A DNA stretch of 64,000 bases from Macrostomum hystrix (Eukaryota > Animalia > Platyhelminthes): the NCBI GenBank assembly GCA_950097015.1, contig CATNEN010000001.1, positions 12,586,001-12,650,000 on the forward strand. Reading direction: 5' to 3'. Below the pieces are notes generated by a model. The model ran no database searches and was not told where the DNA came from. It saw only the letters and a list, made by a program, of their open reading frames with translations. The translations under genes and the position numbers were made by a program. Shown here piece by piece: positions 60,001 through 64,000 of the stretch (position 1 is its first letter; the number at the start of each line of letters is the position of its first letter).

Positions 60001-60823
60001 CTGGCAGAAGTGCAAGGACATTGGCGGTGAATATGTTGAGTTACCGAATGACATTGAATGACCTAAACATGTTTTCATTGTTCCATACGTTTTTTGTTAA
60101 TTTTTGCTGAGCACCGAAAATAACTTTTTGAATGCACCTCGTACACCACGGGGGTATTTCAAATACGGTGTCTACTTCACCATAGCTCCCCAAACCGAAT
60201 AACCGATTTTCGTAAAAGTCCATTATAGAGCGTAAAATTTTAGGCATTTGAAATAAACTACCGTGCTCTTTCAACTGTTAATATAGACATAATTTAAAAG
60301 TAACGATTAACTCACTTGCACTAGTCGGCCTATAGACATTGAGATACAAGCATTCCTCATCCTGATACCTCAGATACGGCAGCAGTCTCTGCACGTGATC
60401 GGTGTAAGCAGCCGATGCCGTGGCACGAATTTCGGCTAAGCTAGGCTTATTCTGCGGACAAACCGGCTTGAAACTATTGCAATAGAAAGTGCCTTCCGAC
60501 GGATAATAATTGTACTTCATTGTGGCCACTGAGCGACCAAATCTGTGCTCAGTTTTAGCGTCAAGCTTGCCAACAGCCGCGTACTGCAAGCCTAAATAGG
60601 CCCTCACGGGTGCTAGTGGCGACGGCAGGCGAAGGTCCAAACCAATTAGCCTCTTGAGCACGTGACCCTCACGGAATGGCAAGGGACTGTCCGAGTTGAC
60701 GCTGCGAGAATAGCTGCTACCGTCGCTAGTAGACGACGATGACAAAGACTCGACAGAGTCGCTTAGCAACAAGCAGCCATAATAACAGAGACGAATAATT
60801 GCCGACAGTTGGAGTTTGACCAT
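27683..60823 (-). CDS. NLGN: Neuroligin (catalytically inactive carboxylesterase-like synaptic adhesion protein), 7 exons, 953 aa
   Basis: Exons 60823-60316, 40163-40008, 39090-38905, 31379-30530, 29583-29468, 29128-28752, 28351-27683 sum to 2862 nt with matching phases and GT-AG introns. Motifs: YLGLQYAA, CPQ, LLPYLRYQDEECLYLNVY, HGESYEWGTGNAYD, NYRVG, GNYALMD, FGGDP. GHGFG replaces the catalytic GxSxG. TM segment TIAAGCALLVLNVLVFFGIYY. C-terminal PDZ ligand TTMV. Confidence 0.92.
28370..28742. repeat. 16-bp minisatellite (GGGGTGAGATTGGAAT)n filling neuroligin intron 6
   Basis: Direct tandem copies. Confidence 0.92.
28752..29128 (-). CDS. NLGN: Neuroligin exon 6
   Basis: RSHYEPRTMSLWNHLLPKLH (dimerisation helix) plus P/T-rich stalk; donor TCG|GTATGT; acceptor position somewhat uncertain. 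Confidence 0.8.
29130..29385. repeat. 16-bp-based satellite (TCTCCCGTGTCTCATC / CTGTCTTATC)
   Basis: Reverse complement of the satellite inside the hAT MITEs at 47.5 and 55.8 kb. Confidence 0.85.
29468..29583 (-). CDS. NLGN: Neuroligin exon 5
   Basis: tttcag|C AAT CCG AAT; GNPN...VTWPAFTSQSESYLYI; donor G|GTGAG. Confidence 0.85.
29790..30400. repeat. 16-bp minisatellite (TCTCATCTCTCCATTG)n
   Basis: Direct tandem copies in neuroligin intron 4. Confidence 0.9.
30530..31379 (-). CDS. NLGN: Neuroligin exon 4
   Basis: LILMGGTAHASWA, DLLTDALFSAP, TYAYVFGY, DDLAFALGAP, YLGNFVVSG; acceptor tttcag, donor GTGAGT. Confidence 0.9.
31597..31860 (+). mobile_element. tRNA-derived SINE family B (CORE/Meta-like central domain), near full length
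   Basis: tRNA head TAGCCTAGTAGTTAGGGCGTCGGACTC...GGCTTCGATTCCCG; TGTGTCCTTTAGCAAGACACTTAACTC; CACCCAGCTGTTAAATG; (ATT)n tail. Confidence 0.75.
32490..33172. repeat. (CTGT)n-based compound microsatellite
   Basis: Direct observation. Confidence 0.95.
34005..34290 (-). mobile_element. tRNA-derived SINE family A
   Basis: Reverse complement matches the family consensus. Confidence 0.8.
34780..35715 (+). repeat. 23-bp minisatellite (TGTTCTAGAGTGAGAGTTTCACC)n, left arm of inverted pair
   Basis: Direct tandem copies. Confidence 0.92.
36300..37240 (-). repeat. 21/23-bp minisatellite (CTCTAGAACAGGTGAAACTCTCA)n, right arm, reverse complement of 34780-35715
   Basis: Direct tandem copies, inverted relative to the left arm. 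Confidence 0.92.
37770..38892. repeat. 23-bp minisatellite (AAACTGTACTCAAATCTCACACT)n
   Basis: Direct tandem copies adjoining the exon 3 donor. Confidence 0.92.
38905..39090 (-). CDS. NLGN: Neuroligin exon 3
   Basis: GFFATENGAAKGNYALMDLRDAVQWVHVNVAQFGGDPTNLTLMGHGFGAALVSLLM; this frame is not in the ORF track. Confidence 0.9.
39175..39985. repeat. 19-bp minisatellite (CCCAGAACTGAATTCCTGA)n filling intron 2
   Basis: Direct tandem copies. Confidence 0.92.
40008..40163 (-). CDS. NLGN: Neuroligin exon 2
   Basis: PLPVVIFVHGESYEWGTGNAYDLSVFASFNQLVAVTINYRVGTLG. Confidence 0.9.
40475..41225. repeat. 21-bp minisatellite (AGATCGGTAATCCTACATGTT)n
   Basis: Direct tandem copies. Confidence 0.92.
41775..41833 (+). 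other. Short 28S rRNA-like fragment (helix 69-70 / R2 target region), diverged
   Basis: GGTAAACGGCGAGAGTAACTAT...ATGACTCGTCATCTAA versus conserved LSU GGTAAACGGCGGGAGTAACTATGACTCTCTTAAGGTAGCCAAATGCCTCGTCATCTAA. Confidence 0.65.
42225..42962. repeat. 16/17-bp then 32-bp minisatellite (GGAAACTGCTCAAGAATGACATTACTCAAGTT)n
   Basis: Direct tandem copies. Confidence 0.9.
43535..43872. repeat. 35-bp minisatellite (GTCAGTAGCCTACGGTCAAAGACCCCTAGAGGGAG)n
   Basis: Direct tandem copies just 3' of PPME1. Confidence 0.92.
44037..45413 (-). CDS. PPME1: Protein phosphatase methylesterase 1 (PP2A demethylase), intronless ORF of 458 aa, nested in neuroligin intron 1
   Basis: LPWDTYF, LHGGGFSGLSWA, DIRGHG, GHSMGGAIA nucleophile, VIDVVEGSAMEAL, SRVS, WRIDL..TE.FW..WF.G.S, KLLLLAGVDRLDRELTVGQMQGKFQMQVLP..GHAVHED. 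Confidence 0.95.
   Translation of the reverse strand: MKPMRGLPNKAPLPPRASSTASSPTSPHAGGQPPCFDPLPWDTYFDRREVAKIDRPGGGGSFCYYVKESDVAHVNNCSSSVSAEAVPLLFLLHGGGFSGLSWAAMCSSLVTKTVCRCVAVDIRGHGDTQLDDRQQDDDFSIDTLANDAASVLGCLLETPAFAANPPASLVLIGHSMGGAIATHLAHGNLSPLPVSALVVIDVVEGSAMEALSSMRGFLASRPSRFPSLPVAIQWCHRSGTVRNLESSRVSFPGHLKLVSPDSDQQCSPEPSQELHTKPAPARHGIIGSAISEEPEEDEETAEGQPSRLPNLALRGPALLNARSNKPPLPPTTAAAGSSPDWPGYRSPQQVDPNKRHFTWRIDLGRTETFWSDWFVGMSRKFLEAPAAKLLLLAGVDRLDRELTVGQMQGKFQMQVLPRSGHAVHEDHPEHVAEVIASFFVRHKLAKPLADFHPVPPGC
45618..46170. repeat. ~28-bp minisatellite (CTAGAATCTCACCCCTAGATCTACTGTC)n
   Basis: Direct tandem copies upstream of PPME1. Confidence 0.88.
47026..47079 (+). other. Short 28S rRNA-like fragment (helix 69-70 / R2 target region) with centre replaced
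   Basis: GGGTAAACGGCGCGAGTAACTATG (23/24 to the LSU consensus as I recall it) + 11 unrelated nt + GCCTCGTCATCTAATTAGT (19/19). Confidence 0.8.
47475..48685. mobile_element. Non-autonomous hAT (Charlie-like) element with an internal 16-bp satellite
   Basis: TIRs CAGGGGTAGGCAAAC / GTTTGCCGACCCCAG. GCGGGCC subterminal motifs. Perfect 8-bp TSD ATCTAGAC at 47467-47474 and 48686-48693, matching the NTCTAGAN target preference. Interior is (GACACGGGAGAGATTA)n. Confidence 0.9.
48688..49008 (-). CDS. MRPS36: MRPS36/KGD4 (2-oxoglutarate dehydrogenase adaptor subunit), 106 aa, nested in neuroligin intron 1
   Basis: Arg/Leu/Ser-rich mitochondrial presequence. N-terminal HQPLIKF motif. C-terminal L.SRYQRQLIDDKEIEAINSGGA motif characteristic of the S36/KGD4 family. 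Confidence 0.85.
   Translation of the reverse strand: MSASTSLLLRALLLPRDPLWRRSLATVATAVKRHQPLIKFPTRRHGSVDIGSKSTAVAAAPINKTRPSHTAGNWQENFMTLESRYQRQLIDDKEIEAINSGGASLV
49128..49330 (+). mobile_element. tRNA-derived SINE family A, degenerate
   Basis: TGGCACAGCGG...CCTGAGCTCGATTC...GACGATGAGAAAGTCAGGGCAG. Confidence 0.65.
50672..50988 (+). mobile_element. tRNA-derived SINE family A, full length
   Basis: A-box TGGCAGAGCGG, B-box-like GAGCTCGATTCC, ~315-bp structured body. Confidence 0.82.
54545..54757 (+). mobile_element. tRNA-derived SINE family A, 5'-truncated
   Basis: Matches the family body and 3' end. Confidence 0.75.
55791..56437. mobile_element. Second copy of the satellite-bearing hAT MITE
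   Basis: Ends CTAGGGTCGGCAAAC / GTTTGCCGACCACCG. TSD GCCAAGAG/GCCAAGAA (7/8). Shares TTTGGGAGCTTCGAGGGC with the 47475 copy. Interior GAGATGAGAC repeats. Confidence 0.82.
57566..58295. repeat. 28-bp minisatellite (GGGTAGATAAGGACTGGAAGACACTGAA)n
   Basis: Direct tandem copies. Confidence 0.9.
58815..58970 (-). mobile_element. tRNA-derived SINE family B, internally deleted
   Basis: CTGTTCAGTCCATGGACTGGG tail and GGGAATCGAACCCCCGACCTTCAA head. Confidence 0.6.
59366..60141 (+). mobile_element. Mariner (DD34D) transposon with an internally deleted transposase ORF (59366-60061)
   Basis: HTH region (TVQKWF...GRESVED..RSGRP, DRRLT..EL). WVPH is fused directly to LHDNA. HPPYSPDLSPCDFFLF has 34 aa between the Ds. 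Right TIR ...TTTTTGAATGCACCTCG is followed by TA. The left TIR is not clearly preserved. Confidence 0.88.
60316..60823 (-). CDS. NLGN: Neuroligin exon 1 (signal peptide and start of esterase-like domain)
   Basis: MVKLQLSAIIRLCYYGCLLLS; VRAYLGLQYAA; CPQ; QDEECLYLNVYRP; donor A|GTGAG. Confidence 0.88.
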
Positions 60824-61959
60824 TGTTTTTGTTAATTAACGGTGAAGAAATATAGGTAGATTTATGGGATCCGTATATTTCAGATGGGGGATTAGAAAGG
60901 CCAGAAAGAATTTTCACACTTTTTTCTGACAAATATTAGTCGGCGCCACCTTATGACATTTGGGAGATGGGAAAATTCTTTTGCCAACCTTTACCAGTGC
61001 CTCACTTAGTCCAACCGCGATTTCCACTAATCCATAGGCAAGACTATTGGCTGGCAAGGCATCCGCCAATAGGGATTTGGGAGAATTCTGACCCATCAGT
61101 GAGCACTTAAACATGGCGGCGAAGGAAAATAACAAGAACTAAAAATCCCACTGCACCCTGAACGGCACAGCAATCGAGATTTTTCTCTCTCGACTTCTTC
61201 AAGAGGGCAAAGATCGTGCCAGTATCTGTTAACACATCGTTAAATGAGACCCAAATTAAAGTTTTCTGGCTGTTTGGCCTCTACCAAGAGACACTCGGTC
61301 ACACTGCATAGCTTGATAACTAAGCCTGAGGATTTATCTCCCTCATAGTTGAGGTCATCGAGAATGCCGAATCCCAACAAATCCCAACCTTATTTTCCCG
61401 ATTCTAATGTGATTTTTTTCCTTCTAACTCAGCGAAGGAAACAGTTACAAAGAACTGGGATAACTGATCCTGACACCTAAACCAAAAGAGAATGACGAAA
61501 TCCCTCTCAATGACGCAATTTTTGATGAGACACTAGCATGTATAAACATATAAACAATACTATCTTTGTTGTTCCGCATTGAACCAAATAATATTTTATA
61601 TTAGATTAACAAACTCTCTATTGACTGTCTGCAAGGTCTGGCGGATAAAGTTAAGCCCTCAAAAAAAGAAAAAACCTAAGCAGACTAGACTGGACAAAAG
61701 GAAAATCTAAAAAAACTAAAAAGAAGCCACGTGTACAAAAGAAGACACATTGGAATAGACAGACAGATCATCAAAGCTGAGAAAAAAATCTGGCAGACAA
61801 GATGGTCAACATCATCCAGGGCACTGGGGCGGAACATGTAAACAAACTGAATTAGAAACTTGACCTCAACTTGAATTTAGTCATATTCATATTCCTTATA
61901 CTTCCCGTTCATCTTTCCATTTATACCCTTGTCTCTTCCCTTTTATTCTCTCCCTCTCT

Positions 61960-62590
61960 TCCATTCCATCCCCTACTCTCTTCCCATTTATCCCCTACTC
62001 TCTTCCGATTTATCTCATACTCTTTTCCCATTTATCCCATACTCTCTTCCCATATATCCCATACTCTCTTCCCATATATCCCATACTCTCTTCCCATATA
62101 TCCCATACTCTCATCCCATATATCCCATACTCTTATCCCATATATCCCATACTCTCTTCCCATATATCCCATACTCTCTTCCCATATATCCCATACTCTC
62201 ATCCCATATATCCCATACTCTCTTCCCATATATCCCATACTCTCATCCCATATATCCCATACTCTTATCCCATATATCCCATACTCTCATCCCATATATC
62301 CCATACTCTCATCCCATATATCCCATACTCTCATCCCATACTCTTTTCTCATTTATCCCCTACTCTATTCCCATTAATCCCCTACTCTCATCCCGTTAAT
62401 CCCCTACCTCACTTCCCATTTATCCCGTCCTCTCTTCCCATTTATCCCCACCTCTCTTCGTATTTATCCCCTCCTCGCTTCCTATTTATCCCCTCCCTCT
62501 CTTCCCGTTTATCCCCAACTCTCTTCCCATTTATCCCCTACCTCTCTTCGTATTTATCCCTTCCTCGCTTCCCATTTCTCCCCTACTCCC
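61960..62590. repeat. 22-bp minisatellite (CCCATACTCTCTTCCCATATAT)n
   Basis: Direct tandem copies. Confidence 0.9.
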
Positions 62591-63217
62591 TTTTTCGACC
62601 CCTGTCTCTACAGTTTTTAAAAATAATTTTCAGGGAGGTCCAGTAAAGTTGACAAAGAAATTGCATACCTCACGCGCACACAAAGCTCATTTTACGCACA
62701 GTACCGGAATACCTACGTTGGGAATTAACTAAACAAACAAAAATGGAACAATTGAAGTCAACAAACTAGGATAGTCCCCCACGCAAAGCACTCATTATCC
62801 TCGTTAGCTTAATCCCAATTACCCAATCTCCAGGGCGGGATGATTAATTTCAATGAGTTCCTATTATCTAGGAGGCCAAATATACCTACATCAGACACAA
62901 TTATATACCGTGGCTTATCACGAAAAGTACTTTAACTAAACCGAAATAAAAAAAGTAGAATTTCGAAAAAAGAAAAGATAATTGCAAGACAATTGGCTAT
63001 GGAAATCTCCTTTTAATTGTATTTTTGAAAGGCTCGATTCTTTCTATTGTTAGAAAAGCCTTGCAAAATAACCAGGCAAATAGATTCTTATAATACAATT
63101 ATAAAACTAAATAATACAACATAATATATTGAATACATGACTATTTTTTAAGACAAATTTTCTAAGCAGACAATCAAATACAAATATATCCCAAAACCTT
63201 CAGACTTCCGCGACGAC

Positions 63218-63788
63218 GGAGGGAGGGAGGGGATAGGGCGGATAGAGATAGGGAGGGAGGGGAGCGGGCGGATAGAGATAGGGAGAAGGGAGACTAGCTG
63301 TAGGGATAGAGATAGGGAGGGAGGGGAGAGGGCGGATAGAGATAGGGAGGGAGGGGAGCGGGCGGATAGAGATAGGGAGAAGGGAGACTAGCTGTAGGGA
63401 TAGAGATAGGGAGGGAGGGGAGAGGGCGGATAGAGATAGGGAGGGAGGGGAGAGGGCGGATAGAGATAGGGAGGGAGGGGAGAGGGCGGATAGAGATAGG
63501 GAGGGAGGGGAGAGGGCGGATAGAGATAGGGAGGGAGGGGAGAGGGCGGATAGAGATAGGGAGGGAGGGGAGGGCGGATAGAGATAGGGAGGGAGGGGAG
63601 AGGGCGGATAGAGATAGGGAGGGAGGGGAGAGGGCGGATAGAGATAGGGAGGGAGGGGAGAGGGCGGATAGAGATAGGGAGGGAGGGGAGAGGGCGGATA
63701 GAGATAGGGAGGGAGGGGAGAGGGCGGATAGAGATAGGGAGGGAGGGGAGAGGGCGGATAGAGATAGGGAGAAGGGAGACTAGCTGTA
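63218..63788. repeat. 30-bp G-rich minisatellite (GGGAGGGAGGGGAGAGGGCGGATAGAGATA)n
   Basis: Direct tandem copies. Confidence 0.92.
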
Positions 63789-64000
63789 GAGCTATTAAAT
63801 ATAACATCTTTGCGTTCCACTTTTATATTGAAAGACTGGCTGCTAATGGGCAACAGCCAGTGGCTGTCTATGGTAAAAATGTCACTAACTTACGTTTAAT
63901 TAAAGACAATGGACTTTTGCCAGAGACTGTCTATGGTAAAAATGTCTTTACTGTGTTCAATTTAAGAATATCAGCAGACTGTGGACTTCTGCCAATGGAA

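Overview
This is eukaryotic (invertebrate animal) genomic DNA. The dense minisatellites, polyQ tracts and gene style suggest a flatworm such as Macrostomum, but that is inference only. The main feature is a 7-exon neuroligin gene on the minus strand (27683-60823). All six introns are GT-AG and phase-compatible, giving 953 aa. Its ~20 kb first intron contains two complete intronless same-strand housekeeping ORFs (MRPS36/KGD4 and PPME1), two short 28S-rRNA-derived segments covering the helix-69/R2-target region, satellite-carrying hAT MITEs (one inserted at the MRPS36 stop codon) and an internally deleted mariner. To the left of the neuroligin 3' end lie a head-to-head pair of secreted PAN/Apple + F-type lectin genes, a solo LTR, a Helitron helicase remnant, a hAT MITE, a non-autonomous Merlin element and two orphan gene candidates. 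Two tRNA-derived SINE families and about 20 minisatellites are dispersed throughout, including a foldback-like inverted satellite pair in neuroligin intron 3. Most ORFs in the supplied track are artefacts of tandem repeats.
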